DNA from: a virus | IMG/VR virus record: IMGVR_UViG_3300042691_015660 | Reading direction: 5' to 3' (one strand) | DNA length: 64,000 nt | Shown here: positions 30,801 through 37,818 of the stretch, piece by piece | Layout: each line of letters begins with the position of its first letter | Numbering within the stretch: position 1 is the first letter of the stretch | Program-made: the position numbers and the translations under genes | Notes under the pieces: model-generated | Databases searched by the model: none | What the model was told of the DNA's origin: nothing | What the model saw: the letters and a program-made list of their open reading frames with translations, nothing else

Positions 30801-32151
30801 TAGTAAATGTATCAATTAAATCAATATCTTTTTTAGCTACTTGTCCAAAGTTGTATAATTTTAAATTTGCTTCAAATTCTATAATAGGGCGTGTTGCTCT
30901 TAAAGACTGATCGGTGTCAGGAATTTTTCCATTAGCTTCTGCTGATACTTTTATTACATCCTCGTGGAACCACCGATTATATCTACTCCAAGGATTTCTA
31001 TCTTTAGATCCTCTTGCCATAACAATATAATCGTTATCTCGTGGATAGGCGCTGGCTACACTAAACGGATCTTTATCAAATGCTGTATCGTCAAATAATA
31101 GTTCTGATTCCTCTGTGTAAGTACTGATAATTTCTAAAGCTGACTCTGGTATTAAAGTAATACTAGTGCCAACACCATCTACATACCAGTTTCCTTCTTT
31201 ATATTCAGCAGGATTTATATTTCCTTCAAAATTAAGTTTCATTCCATTAGACAACTTAATTCCTGATGTTAAAGTATAGTCCTTCTTTCCTAAAATATCT
31301 TTATCTAAATCTAAAAATGTATTTTCTTCTATGTCTAAAATTTGTATTACACCACCAGCGGTAGGATCATTTTCATTTACATAATATAATAAATTAGGTG
31401 CGTCTTTTCTAACTTTAAAAGTAATAACACCTTGTTCAACAGAAACCGCACTAACTCCTTTTGTATATCTGTCTAAGTCACCACCAGTCCTTGATAACTT
31501 AAAGCTGAAAGGATTTCCGACACTATTGATAGTAAAATTATAAGTCTGACCTCTAAATAATCTTAAAGTTGGGTTTCTAGTTAATCCATTTGGCGAGAAT
31601 AAAAAAGCATAGTTGTCGTCTTCGTCTACAAGATCTACAGTATATGTGCTTTCTATTTCTAATTGTTGTCCGAATACTTTAATGACATCGGGCCCATAAG
31701 CTAACCAATAGTAATTTTGAAAATTAACAAATTTATCCCAATCAATATGAGGATTCCAGGTATAAGTTTCCTGTTTATTCAGACGTTCGTGATTTTGTAC
31801 ATTCCCGCCAAAGACATTAATCTGATTTATATAATCAATATAATCTTTATAAAAAGTTACATTTTCAAATTTATCTTGAATTACAGCAGCAGGTTCTAAC
31901 TGGTAATCTTGTCTATTCTTGTCAGTAGCATCAATGTATATGTTATCAGATTTTGCTGATTTAGCATTTTGTCTACCAATAAACCCATTTACTTTTCGTA
32001 CTTTGCCAGGTTGTGTTAATTGGTCAAGTGTAGCTTGTAGAAACTTTTTATTACTAGATGTTCTATAAAATCTTGGTAATAAGTCAGCAGTTCTTCTTGG
32101 TTCGTTACCAGTTGTTGGTAATCCAGATTCTTCTTGATCGTTAGTTGCCAT
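15898..32151 (-). CDS. Giant (5417 aa) baseplate wedge/fibre-network protein, in the gp7-like position, with FG-GAP-like propeller and YHYH-like domain
   Basis: Uninterrupted 16.2-kb ORF coupled to the gp6-like gene. N-terminus RTADLLPRFYRT..KKFL. It also has seven FGxxxxxxxxGxxLxxxAP blades, W/Y-GDIV modules, GxGY..P.I repeats and a YHYH-family segment. Confidence 0.7.
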   Translation of the reverse strand: MATNDQEESGLPTTGNEPRRTADLLPRFYRTSSNKKFLQATLDQLTQPGKVRKVNGFIGRQNAKSAKSDNIYIDATDKNRQDYQLEPAAVIQDKFENVTFYKDYIDYINQINVFGGNVQNHERLNKQETYTWNPHIDWDKFVNFQNYYWLAYGPDVIKVFGQQLEIESTYTVDLVDEDDNYAFLFSPNGLTRNPTLRLFRGQTYNFTINSVGNPFSFKLSRTGGDLDRYTKGVSAVSVEQGVITFKVRKDAPNLLYYVNENDPTAGGVIQILDIEENTFLDLDKDILGKKDYTLTSGIKLSNGMKLNFEGNINPAEYKEGNWYVDGVGTSITLIPESALEIISTYTEESELLFDDTAFDKDPFSVASAYPRDNDYIVMARGSKDRNPWSRYNRWFHEDVIKVSAEANGKIPDTDQSLRATRPIIEFEANLKLYNFGQVAKKDIDLIDTFTTDVFSTIEGATGYNVDTIDLAPGMRVLFTADKDRLVTGKIFKVNFVKITVPQRQIEFVTDSTVNPNTDVITFTTDHFLSTGSQVTYLNNGNNSINGLSNRQQYYVFVVSATQIKLFNDSKLTKQVDLLSRGTGVHKFEVFSGVRRQINLVEEPDSTPLHYETVLVKNGNTNKGKMYWYDGDSWKLGQTKVKVNQAIHFDIFDSNGHSYGDNSVYDGSTFNGNKVFNYKTGNGSNDKILGFPLSYKNINNVGDIVFTFDLLQDSFTYKTFTSVQTKRTDIGYLRKYSSLDSWTYENGWKKSDIPNIQPVVRIFKESGLTNNFPVDVYDNTDDLADLEVRVYVNEKRLNREQYTLERGVVRFSVVLDNDVSLTDIVTLRCFSKQSKNNNGYYEIPVSLQNNPLNKNLESFTLGEVVDHVSSIVDNIVDFKGTFPGSGNLRDLGNLTAYGTRIIQHSSPLNLPLYHLSKPDINVIKSIIQSQEDYATFKRTFLITASNTGVEMDARRHVDLVLETMLKDRPKTSSYYLSDMFGYDGATRLEYLVEDGRFQRIFSISRSFSLDTLSNKAVYVYRNGEQLIEGQDYVFGNDDVFFNIVGELNDDDIIEVYEYESTDGSFCPPTPTKLGLYPKFKPRKYIDDTYLEPRLVIQGHDGSITLAYNDYRDDLLLELELRIYNNCKQTYDPSMFDIYDYIPGYSRKTAYSKEEFERVLSPNFFQWTNNINQDFTKQTYWDRTEPFTFNYRGNYYPDGTDSQAFWRGIYCWLFDTDRPHTNPWECLGFSSEPSWWKEVYGVAPYTKDNQLLWEDLAQGIIREPGKPPRYNLKFARPILLSSAPVDELGNLISPLDTNYVSGPIKSTAEGFYSFGDRSPVENAWRKSSYYPFALLKTILLLCPNSVMATCFDRSRQVRNLTNQLIYQPTGLRIKLSDIILPSTVNSTTRIFSSGLVNYIVDYATSDITFKIDEYIQDLQLLTNKISYRLGGFTSKNKFNILLDSKNPTSSGGVFVPDDNFNVFLNVSSPIKKLAYSGVIVSKFSDGYELRGYNVDEPFFTYYSFRQNDRTVRIGGISESYVEWDTNKTYVAGKVVSNGNVYYRVKTTHQSSDTFDESLYARLPALPMIGGTEAILRKGWDKNQELFLAYGTRFSTIQEVVDFLQGYGVYLEEQGFVFDQYNPQIKAIANWENSVSEFLFWTTQSWGEGSAISLSPSATKLIISSEKSVVDDIRNTFYGYKIFRVDGQLLSADFTSTFREDNTFTLIPENTAHGIYGGIFYLIQKEHVLLLDNTTLFNDIIYDQEPGYRQERVKVIGYVTTNWNGAFDIPGFIFDQASIKDYAPWTDYNLGDIIKYKEYYYSAKKFVIGAESFNSNEWTLLREKPTPELLPNWDYRAEQFTDFYDLDTDNFDSEQQRMAQHLIGYQNRQYLENIIKDDVSQYKFYQGMIIEKGTQNVLTKLFDVLSADNQESLTFNEEWAVRVGEYGASNVFDEIEFKLDESAFRLNPQPIQLVNEITSNTDLIYRIRSGEVYVKPIGFNNNPWPTTGVKKTLRSPGYVRYDDVKSNVNTLDDATAIDINEFEEGDYVWAAFENRDWNVYRFTKNTFSIEDVEYADGILTLQCNQFPNIQVGEIIGIVHSEKIKGFYKVDSLSARKIVIKTTIKDWKPPFTDSSQILTYKFISSRVDSIDNANESLPPYIKNKELLWADIGSRNLSYNGAIPYTVYSNEKVFFRTTLDNVTPAENLQFGSKVSIAKNGKYLAVSNLANEVYVFEKSPGTDLWYQQQYITPVLNLASSVNLNFGSEIAFSSDGKWLAIAAPTASNIRSNWKGDFVVSNTYGFGDIVQVRNTHFSARRGYAGDGSSIDRFSQDWAPAYLVTTEESKSANSNVNQGYVNLYIRTPGGQYNLFHSFVSPNPTSGEKFGSKMTFAKNGNEYVLAITSSGYNDNQGRVYMFRYAELEEDSSVSGWHMDYRRAYQGIFSPGKQYYPGDIVFYNYELYQCITLQDPNSFETNASGWELLDDINILGYFPQEVVSNVVDRSPIVITNILPNMPAAAVGQKVKRATVYYSTQVTAPFSPGQFIEIRSVVPVDYNGDWLVVSSTTTQTVIECTFPDKLPGTLITHPKYIFVSGGIITLAINSPVREQNVESVLPGDLFGYDVKMSGDGSKLVISAPNADQNTYTNYKGIFRSTEKYDLNDVVYYNGGNVNVGSLSIGQSYDIITIGTTDFTQVGAIPDATFTAGIRGSTTLAVLSSGFTGRIKVGAALYGTGVVPGTTITGVPSWDITDVVRTSNNLFTVTVTPALPSGLVFGSGMKFRISGVSDDRCNGTFTILGLTSNNSFRARIDTQFGIGGAGSLGPGGTVSSLLEGGPGFYNISTSNSNLNFDGKTLSEGKTFVATGTGSGTGTVYLSAGYYRYNVTFDSSVAGTFAPNKWSLISTEKNNGTGKIFTYQYDGDTFILIDTLGAQNLNLNFEQRFGESLSVTESGSHLAVSTTLYTDQFSNQGAVKVFEAYSGSWSPYQTLTSITPGTNHKFGHYVEFMNDAETMVVFSPNADIKNETVFDSSTTKFDNNTLRIVDLQVLSGRVDIFDRYNTNYIFGESLTTESFNDSTDGYGTSISVGSNNLVVAAPKEEDNNYTDSGVVYTYRKPAGKTSWSVLHYERARPNVYQIKKAFLYNRKENILVKYLDVVDPIQGKIPGPAEQEIKFKTYFDPATYTVGDNTVNIDDGMSWTNKHVGTLWWDLTNARFLENQGGEIIFRSTTWNTLYETASIDIYEWIESKLLPSERDKIADTEKGLISGISGKSKYGDTVYSIKKKYDTISKNFINTYYYWVKNSTITPNKEGRLLSADTISRLIADPKSYGYPCLALLGPDSFSLLNCDSYLKDKDIVLSVQYWITDKKEGNAHTQWKIISEHANTVIPYEIEQKWLDSLLGKDKNSRTVPDLRLPVKQRFGVENRPRQSMFVNRIEALKQFIERINSVLKDNLIVDEFDLTPLSRFEEKPSAATGLWDVTIDTDPELRFVGTSQLEQIILSPVIENGKIVDVDIVNPGKGYHHAPPVRITGKGQGAEVKVILTEAGAVQTVEILSQGFGYRSDTVLSTRPFSVLVLSDSDSYDKWTIYHYIKKDKTWSKARTQTFDVSRFWQYIDWYSVGYNQFTKINYIVENTYGLASLESSIGSIVKVKNVGSGGWLLLEKYNNETTIDYTRNYKVIGRQNGTIKFLDLLYNFKNQSLGFDGPLYDSDQYDTVPTTELSIILDTIKTKILVDNLRTEYLKLFFASVRYALYEQPFLDWAMKTSFVKATHHAGELKQKITYNSDNLQDFESYVKEVKPFRTKVREYVSAYNRVENAPLSVTDFDLPPVIDEELKIYPLTASLNENFAIGSSYSQLLDYPWKHWYDNASYSIETLELVDGGIGYLEPPTIKIIDDYGIVTSTNELKSNFDGPNSFWILNEGTMKIVATGLPYHSYGNVQSENLATDQSYSQIIPLRGGTYAAGGHANIPEGIIGYCLNGVAVFNPSAGNLAPEGLELVTNFDYNAAYASSQTLEYTFNQDQAGGIADSDGQYSYRDFSFRNAWISGIGNDLNDADKIEISEIPYLRTGLEHADGHSKILGFALDGYPIYGPNGYSVATDPSSGISRMTSSYGLKVSSYRIGIISDLQTYPMGMFIQDYEYTGNGTLDKHNGRYCITPDYPNGTYAYFVTTTNAGTPVYPYVIGPTFFGDAAPQDRNDASNGKGTPPRTYNIFNSNAVQAIAKAYITNGKVTRVSLITSGSGYFKAPRIEFEGGLDTTIVNRPAKAVAILKSNVIRSSKIIVKFDRITRNYFVTALTQVENFTGTGSRKQFALRFSPVLTIGHTTVKVNDNEILRDDYALSVKKTTVKGFTSYYGILTFENAPAIGATIEITYDKNFEHLSAADRIKEYYNPQTGQLGKDLAQLMTGIDYGGVIVTGLGLSIGGGWDSQPWFSEGWDGYDVGFTDIIIRVNDSTYTFDFRDFGDGNVPAAGEQINVYVNGVRIDDEYFDSYDGVTVQPNGRTSAPEGRVMQTWVGDGINSIIELPNLTSAIPLDINENDQVILRRNTSDGSINPDPKSFDTQLQGGNLSYTTATGFAPDDILVEGGGRFVTPETSHAPEEIVPGHITDTLNIKVFRVPQSGSSRIISKNYICDGATTAFDIGQFPNNTAGVFVNLENTILQKDTDYTIDWQTKTVNMIVAPADKKIINISSFGAASNNILDSNYFVADGSTSDYITNAPWPQLYSDSDFQQSIDRLGSIVLVNNETVEYELFRTDESYETTGFIGIRFPEPPEDNAVINYIMTGDANTTISLVNSSALDIDGSTVSYSLGNIPQDMAKPYENYLLVINNGNLLRPGESIYWLLKDNEYIYNITDYKALPFTLDPSTIKVYINGEQLSSLDYTLNNGNLTIEIRDFVYVEGGILTLTRFEDTDYTISGNNIIFDSAPSGDVEVVTFFNHTVQNIIRTKEFFNITSSLVPGSLTYYQYHSIRGGSLKLFRTTQSEDYVWIAKNRKLLVHSVDYYLDDDYRTIKFKDVFDETDVIDVILFGDNNVTNSFGFMQFKDMLNRTHYKRISKNKSTRLAKDLKQKDLIITVENGSVLTDPNRSLNLPGIVEINGERIEYLTKNGDVLGQLRRATLGTGSPAIHKMTSVVLDIGPTETIPYNDDFIVESSFGSGNTKNIGLSYAPIKDIENAYDLSAGRQYQIVELGTTNWNTIAGTSGITYTTGSTFVAAKAGSGSGKARGITYGQSNEIEVFVGGYRLKKNAYSLFGESNQYPDSPEADDQYESEFSVDGTDQVHLTNEVAENVKITVIKKVGRVWEDAAPPERVFKNIPVGSGGAVFDVIKNSNQYVLTMKRGGTNYAVGNTLTILGTRLGGSTPENDIIITVTDVSDDSSSSIVSYTYQGQGAKSGYTTTSLSESDNPIANFLKNTEAIWPQYLADKYQYVLLTDTGESITVDGDEPLELD

Positions 32152-35100
32152 TAGTCTTCAATTCCTGCGCTAGTTATAATCTGTTGTCCTGTCGCTGTGC
32201 GACTTGCTATGATAGCACCACTTGCTTTTAACTTACTTGCCGTAACTGCTGTAATCACTTCTATATCAGATACTGTGCCGCCATTTACAAAAATTTGATC
32301 TTTTTCGCACTTGATTTCATACAGAGCACCAAAAGTAAGTCCTGCTTGTTTTGGCACTATTACAAAATTTACAGCATAAGGGCTTAGTCTATTCATTACA
32401 TAAGTAGCTAGCTCTGTAAAATAAAAAGTTTCTCCGAACTCCCAATTTTCTAAACTAAAAAATTCATTTATAGCAGAAAGAGCACTTGATTTGATATCAT
32501 TATCACTGATTACTAGTTCTGAATTTTTTACAATTTTAAATGTTGCCTGTACATCTTGGGTTGCCTTTTCTCCAAATAAAATTTTATATTTCACTGGGTG
32601 ATAAACAATTTCGTCACTAATTGATTTTATTTTGTTTAAATCTATACTCATTATACTGAATAATGTATCTTGACTAGGTGGCAAGGGCTCGGTATCTAAA
32701 GAGCCATTCAACCACTGTCTAAAGTTTTGATCATATTGTTTTGTAAGAACGTATATGTCTATCAAATTTGTAATACCTGGATCAATTCTTGACTCGTAGT
32801 CGGCATTATGTATATACTGAAACTTTAGACCTGCTCTTCCTATATAAACTTTATAATCAGTTGTTATTTCAAAAGTAGCACTAGCTAAAGAAAATTTATA
32901 AACAGTATCAGTATCTTCAGAATATACATATTGTCCATCAGCAATTACTGCCAAGTTAGTAAAAGAATTTAATGATGGCGTAAACACAACTTTTTGATCG
33001 CTATTATCTACCCACCGATAATCTTCTTGTCCTACTGATATTTCATACTTTTCTAATATTATTTTTTTGTTAATAGTGGCTATAGTCGGAGCTACGATTT
33101 CTTCGAACAAAGTAGGAGTATCCACTACCCCATCGTCATCAGTATCACTAAATGTAACTTGTATCTTTTTAGTATCGACATATCCGTCTAATCCTTTAAA
33201 CTCTTCAGAAACTTCCCAGTCTCTATCAATAGTAAAAGGGACAATACTATCAGGTTGAGTGTTTATGTTTAAGATTCTAATTTTATCTTTAACAGTGGTA
33301 TTGTTTCTTGTATCATAAATTTTATCGCTAGCATCAAAATAAAATCTTACTTGATTTTCGCTTTCAAAAATATATCGTAAAAGTCTAGATTTTACAGTAT
33401 AAAATTCAGTATCGGTAGTGAACAATAACAACCAGCTAGAATCTAATTGTTGATTACTATTATCTCCCTGCTTCCCTAAACTAAATCTATTGTTTAAATT
33501 TAAATTAACTTCAAAAATAATTTTCCATGTACGAGATTGTATATCGTACCGTAATCCAAACGGCTTATTAGCAAAAATCAAATCTATCATTGTAGACACT
33601 GTATTATTGTCTATTGTGGTTCTCCATGACGGTATAATTTGATAGATTATTGCTCCTTGTGGAATAATATCATTAAAGGAAACAGGGCCTGTTCCGTCAG
33701 CGAAAATTCCATCGCCGCCTGCTGCGCCGTCGCCACTAACGGTTACAACTTTACACCATAAACTTGTAGCAGAATTTTTGACATTAGCTGTACCCCTAAC
33801 TAATTTGTTTTCGTCAGCCTTATCAAAATAGTAACCATCAGGTGGTCTAAATTCAACCAGTGCTCCTGATGTTAAGAATCTCAAAGCTGTACTTGTAAAA
33901 GAGCCTAACTTATAAGGAATAGGATCTGTATCATAAGCAATGCTCGGGTCTCTAATATCACTAATATAACCTGTACAAAGATTAGTATCTACTGTTCTTC
34001 TATACCATGCTACAGATAAAGAATCAGTAATAACTGTAGTAAAATTACTATAATAAAAATCTCTTAGCGTGTCAGATTTCAAAGCTTCAATAACTGTATT
34101 ATAAATTATTGCTTCAATGTCTGTTCTATTTTGATAGCTAAATTTAAAACTATCACTAAACTCTTCTTTATAGATAATGCCGTCATCGGCGAATAAATTT
34201 GTCTTGCTGTATTTTCCTGTAGGATCTACTAAATCAAAATATCTGCTAATCCCGCTAGAACTTCTATTCACTGCTTTTATTTTAATAATTTGTTGATTAA
34301 CACTTAACGGACTAATATTATAATCTTCAGCAGTAATCATGCGATTCTGTGTATAATAAGTAGCTGGAGCTCTAGATTTAATACTGTCATTACTTTCAGT
34401 TTCAGAACTATTATCAACACTTGATTGTAAACTTAAATTAATTGTAAGAGTTTCTACTTGCGCATTATTACTAATATAAGGAATACCGATGCTGATATTT
34501 CTAATATCTTTTGGATTAATTGTATAACTTATACCATTACTAGTTCTGTAGTAAACTCTAAAAGTTCCCCTTGGTATATTACCAAATGTTCCGTCGCTAA
34601 ACAGCAGACTTACTCTATCACCTGCTCTAGTAATAGCACTATAAATGTTTCTTACAGATTTTTTAAGGCTGTTATAAATGATATTATTACCTTCTAAACT
34701 TGGAACTTGCTGCCAATATTCAGTTTCCAAGCCATTTTGGTCAAGGCGATATAACCATATATCAGTGTTATTGATATTCACCGCATCAATATCAATACTT
34801 TCACTTGTACTAGGCTGTGTAATGTCAAAAGTTCCTTGACTTAGTATACCTTGTCTAAAATGTAAGAAAAATCCTGTATTGGTGCTAGCATTTCCTTTAC
34901 CGTCATTTCTAAAAATAAACGACAATCTATTGCCTATCGCTGGAGGTTCTTCATAGATATCTGATGAATTTCTAAAAATGGTCGATACTACCTCAAACGG
35001 CATAGTTCTACCGTCTACAGATTTTTGAAAACTATAAACAGGAGCATCTGTGTTAGCACTTTGAAATCTATATTGCTCGGTTGGAATACCGTAAATCGTA

Positions 35101-35630
35101 GACTTGTCATCTGGATTTCCAAACTGTCTGCTCGATGGTAAAGCTGCGTTAATTACTTTGATAAACTGATCGTACCAACTAACATTAGCAGGATCGTTCC
35201 ATAAAACAATCTGTCCTGAAAGATTTCTGCCGTTAGAATCAATCACAGTTTGAGTAGTGCTCACACTGCTAAATTTTAGTAATCCACTACCTGCTATGTT
35301 TCTTTTTGGATTATAACTTAATAATCTAGCCAGACGTAATACACTTTCCCTACGTTCAGCTAACTCTAAAAAGTTATCCCGTGCGTTAAGATCTGTACGG
35401 AAGCTAATACTCTGCCCTAGAAAAGCTATTAAATCAATTAAAGCAAGATATTCAGAACTTTCGATATAATCATTAAAATCTTCTGGATAATTTTCTCTAA
35501 TGTAATTAATCATCACCCTACGGAGATTTTCAAAATCATAACTTTGAAAATCCGCATTACGGAATGTTTGATAAATTCTTTTCCAGTCTTCGGCTACTAG
35601 TAATCTGTTTTGTCTATCAGTTGCTGACAT
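32151..35630 (-). CDS. gp6: Baseplate wedge subunit, gp6-like
   Basis: YDFENLR..MINY, ARDNFLELAERRESVLRLARLLSYNPKR, FSDGTFGNIP and ESNDSIK.RAP..YYTQNRMITAEDY. Confidence 0.8.
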   Translation of the reverse strand: MSATDRQNRLLVAEDWKRIYQTFRNADFQSYDFENLRRVMINYIRENYPEDFNDYIESSEYLALIDLIAFLGQSISFRTDLNARDNFLELAERRESVLRLARLLSYNPKRNIAGSGLLKFSSVSTTQTVIDSNGRNLSGQIVLWNDPANVSWYDQFIKVINAALPSSRQFGNPDDKSTIYGIPTEQYRFQSANTDAPVYSFQKSVDGRTMPFEVVSTIFRNSSDIYEEPPAIGNRLSFIFRNDGKGNASTNTGFFLHFRQGILSQGTFDITQPSTSESIDIDAVNINNTDIWLYRLDQNGLETEYWQQVPSLEGNNIIYNSLKKSVRNIYSAITRAGDRVSLLFSDGTFGNIPRGTFRVYYRTSNGISYTINPKDIRNISIGIPYISNNAQVETLTINLSLQSSVDNSSETESNDSIKSRAPATYYTQNRMITAEDYNISPLSVNQQIIKIKAVNRSSSGISRYFDLVDPTGKYSKTNLFADDGIIYKEEFSDSFKFSYQNRTDIEAIIYNTVIEALKSDTLRDFYYSNFTTVITDSLSVAWYRRTVDTNLCTGYISDIRDPSIAYDTDPIPYKLGSFTSTALRFLTSGALVEFRPPDGYYFDKADENKLVRGTANVKNSATSLWCKVVTVSGDGAAGGDGIFADGTGPVSFNDIIPQGAIIYQIIPSWRTTIDNNTVSTMIDLIFANKPFGLRYDIQSRTWKIIFEVNLNLNNRFSLGKQGDNSNQQLDSSWLLLFTTDTEFYTVKSRLLRYIFESENQVRFYFDASDKIYDTRNNTTVKDKIRILNINTQPDSIVPFTIDRDWEVSEEFKGLDGYVDTKKIQVTFSDTDDDGVVDTPTLFEEIVAPTIATINKKIILEKYEISVGQEDYRWVDNSDQKVVFTPSLNSFTNLAVIADGQYVYSEDTDTVYKFSLASATFEITTDYKVYIGRAGLKFQYIHNADYESRIDPGITNLIDIYVLTKQYDQNFRQWLNGSLDTEPLPPSQDTLFSIMSIDLNKIKSISDEIVYHPVKYKILFGEKATQDVQATFKIVKNSELVISDNDIKSSALSAINEFFSLENWEFGETFYFTELATYVMNRLSPYAVNFVIVPKQAGLTFGALYEIKCEKDQIFVNGGTVSDIEVITAVTASKLKASGAIIASRTATGQQIITSAGIED

Positions 35631-35651
35631 ACGCTATTCCCAATTATACAA

Positions 35652-35681
35652 TATTTAGCGTATTTTGAAATGTGCGTATTT
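35652..35681 (-). promoter_or_regulatory. Bipartite late promoter AAATACGCAC-N14-TAAATA
   Basis: Second copy of the motif, upstream of the gp6-like gene. Confidence 0.6.
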
Positions 35682-35683
35682 AA

Positions 35684-36124
35684 TTAATAGATGGAGTTTG
35701 TTTGATCAAATCTAAGTTGAAGTGTCTCGCTGATATTATAAGGTAGATAGGTTAATCTACACTCAATTTGAATACCACTTTCATAGCTAGTGACAACAAT
35801 TTGATCAGGAATTACGCGAGGATCGTAGTTAACAATTGTTTCTACGTTATTTTGAATAAGAGTTTTAATTTCTTCTGTTAACGGCTCGAATAAGCAATCC
35901 CAAATAATTGTTCCGAATTCAGGATTTTCTAACCGTTCTCCTTGTCTGATATGAAAATGATTAAGAATATCTTGTTTGATTAAGGATAAATCGTATAAAG
36001 CAAAACTGTTGGCGTCAGGGCTTACAGTACTAAAACCTTTATATGTTTTAGTGCCTGGGATTTTTTGTCCTGACAAGTCTCCTTTCAGAACAATTTTATC
36101 GTAAAGACGAGAATTTGAGCTCAT
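35684..36124 (-). CDS. gp25: Baseplate wedge subunit, gp25/GPW-like
   Basis: LIKQDILNHFHIRQGERLENPEFGTIIWDCLFEP...YDPRV is the gp25 family signature. Confidence 0.85.
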   Translation of the reverse strand: MSSNSRLYDKIVLKGDLSGQKIPGTKTYKGFSTVSPDANSFALYDLSLIKQDILNHFHIRQGERLENPEFGTIIWDCLFEPLTEEIKTLIQNNVETIVNYDPRVIPDQIVVTSYESGIQIECRLTYLPYNISETLQLRFDQTNSIY

Positions 36125-36135
36125 AGTGTTATTTA

Positions 36136-37818
36136 TTAGTCACCTTGAAGCTTCCTGAATGGGTCAACTGCAGTACTGTAAGTTTTCCAACTACTAGCAG
36201 GGGTGAGCATGGTTACTGAAAATTCTGCTTGATCCTTAAGTTGTTCCTCGTCGGTATCTTCATATCTACCTTCGATATCTCTATCAGTTTGTTCGGGTTT
36301 AACTTTAAGAGGATCAAGATTTTCGTGATGCGGATAAGGTTCGTGTGTAATAATTCGACGCATAATAGAAGGTTCTAATGGAAGTTCATCCTGATTTGGA
36401 AGCGTATGTAACTTTAATCGTTGAGGCAGTTCAGCCTCTTTAGCTTTGGCTGCTTCGGTAGCAGCAGGTCCATTCATATGAATCAATGCTGCAGTTTCGA
36501 TATGATTCCCGCCACTTTTAATTTCTGTAGTTTTTCCTGCTGTAAACCAATTATGGCCTGTGGTATTAAAATCTGTGTCTTTGAGCACTGTAACTTTATG
36601 ATTTTCATCGTATAATTTTTCAACATCTTTTTTTACATGATGTTTATATGATAATTCATAAGTTTTATCTACTTCTTGTTTTACATGAATTTTCTGTTTG
36701 CCGTCTACAATTAAAATTTGATCCATCATTACATGAGTGTGTAATTCGCTACCAACCTTAATGTTCATATTTCTTACACATTCTAAATTTATATCCCTAT
36801 CAGCAAAAAAGTTAAGATCTTGTTTAGTATGTACGCTAATACTGTCTTCGGCAAAAATGTCAATCTTGCCGTCACTAGTTAGTTCTATCCAAGCGGTCCC
36901 TTTACTATTTCCAATATAAATCAAGTCTTCGGAATTGTGTAATAAAATTTGATGGCCGGTCCGTGTTCTAAATCTAATACACTCATTGTGCGGAATAGTA
37001 TTATCACCGTCTGTTTCGCCGTTAAGCAAATTACTGTATTCAGGAGGGCCATCACTAGCAGGAGTTTTTCGTATAAATTTGTCATTGCCATCGTCCATAA
37101 CAAAAGTAGATCCGCCTAGTCTACTTACAAAAGCTCCATCGATTAAATGTTCAGCTTTGCCTACTTTGCCTCTTTTTCCATTTTTGTCAACGGGCCCAGG
37201 TGTACTGATTCCAAATACAGCACTTGGAACTTCCCTTCTAGCTGAACTAGTTGTAATACCCCGTGTATCGTCTTTTATAAGACCTTGTTTGATTAAAAAT
37301 TCTGTGATAGGATGTTGTGGTTTTGTACGTTTTGTTGGATCGTAGTAAGTTGAATTGGCAAGTTTATTGTATTCTGCTGTAGGAACACGTTCACTGTCGT
37401 CAGTTTTAGTATCACCGACTACATATTCTGTAGCGGCAAGACCTGGAACCATAAAGTTCATACCTTCGTCTTGTACACAACCAATCCAATAACCTTTACG
37501 GGGATCGCCGCCAATAAAAATTACAACCACTAATGTGCCAGGATCGGGCGGTACAAACCACATACCGTAACTTTTTTGTGTATTATTATAATCGTCAGTG
37601 TCTGTGACATGTTCGGCACCAGTGACACCATAAAAAGGATTTAGATACTTTACTATTGTTAGCTGCCCATCAGAATTTACATCACCGCCGACTTCTCGCA
37701 TGACTTGAACTTCTAAACATCCCATATATGTAGGATCAAGATGACTTACCACTTTTGCTAAAAAAGGCCCTGGATCAACAGGGGTGCTACCGGATTGTGG
37801 TCGTGTTTCTATTGCCAT
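36136..37818 (-). CDS. gp5: Baseplate central spike, gp5/VgrG-like (OB-fold plus beta-helix, no lysozyme domain)
   Basis: DPTYMGCLEV, YGMWFVPPDPGTLVVVIFIGGD, RTRTGHQILLH and ~8-residue beta-helix repeats. Confidence 0.75.
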   Translation of the reverse strand: MAIETRPQSGSTPVDPGPFLAKVVSHLDPTYMGCLEVQVMREVGGDVNSDGQLTIVKYLNPFYGVTGAEHVTDTDDYNNTQKSYGMWFVPPDPGTLVVVIFIGGDPRKGYWIGCVQDEGMNFMVPGLAATEYVVGDTKTDDSERVPTAEYNKLANSTYYDPTKRTKPQHPITEFLIKQGLIKDDTRGITTSSARREVPSAVFGISTPGPVDKNGKRGKVGKAEHLIDGAFVSRLGGSTFVMDDGNDKFIRKTPASDGPPEYSNLLNGETDGDNTIPHNECIRFRTRTGHQILLHNSEDLIYIGNSKGTAWIELTSDGKIDIFAEDSISVHTKQDLNFFADRDINLECVRNMNIKVGSELHTHVMMDQILIVDGKQKIHVKQEVDKTYELSYKHHVKKDVEKLYDENHKVTVLKDTDFNTTGHNWFTAGKTTEIKSGGNHIETAALIHMNGPAATEAAKAKEAELPQRLKLHTLPNQDELPLEPSIMRRIITHEPYPHHENLDPLKVKPEQTDRDIEGRYEDTDEEQLKDQAEFSVTMLTPASSWKTYSTAVDPFRKLQGD

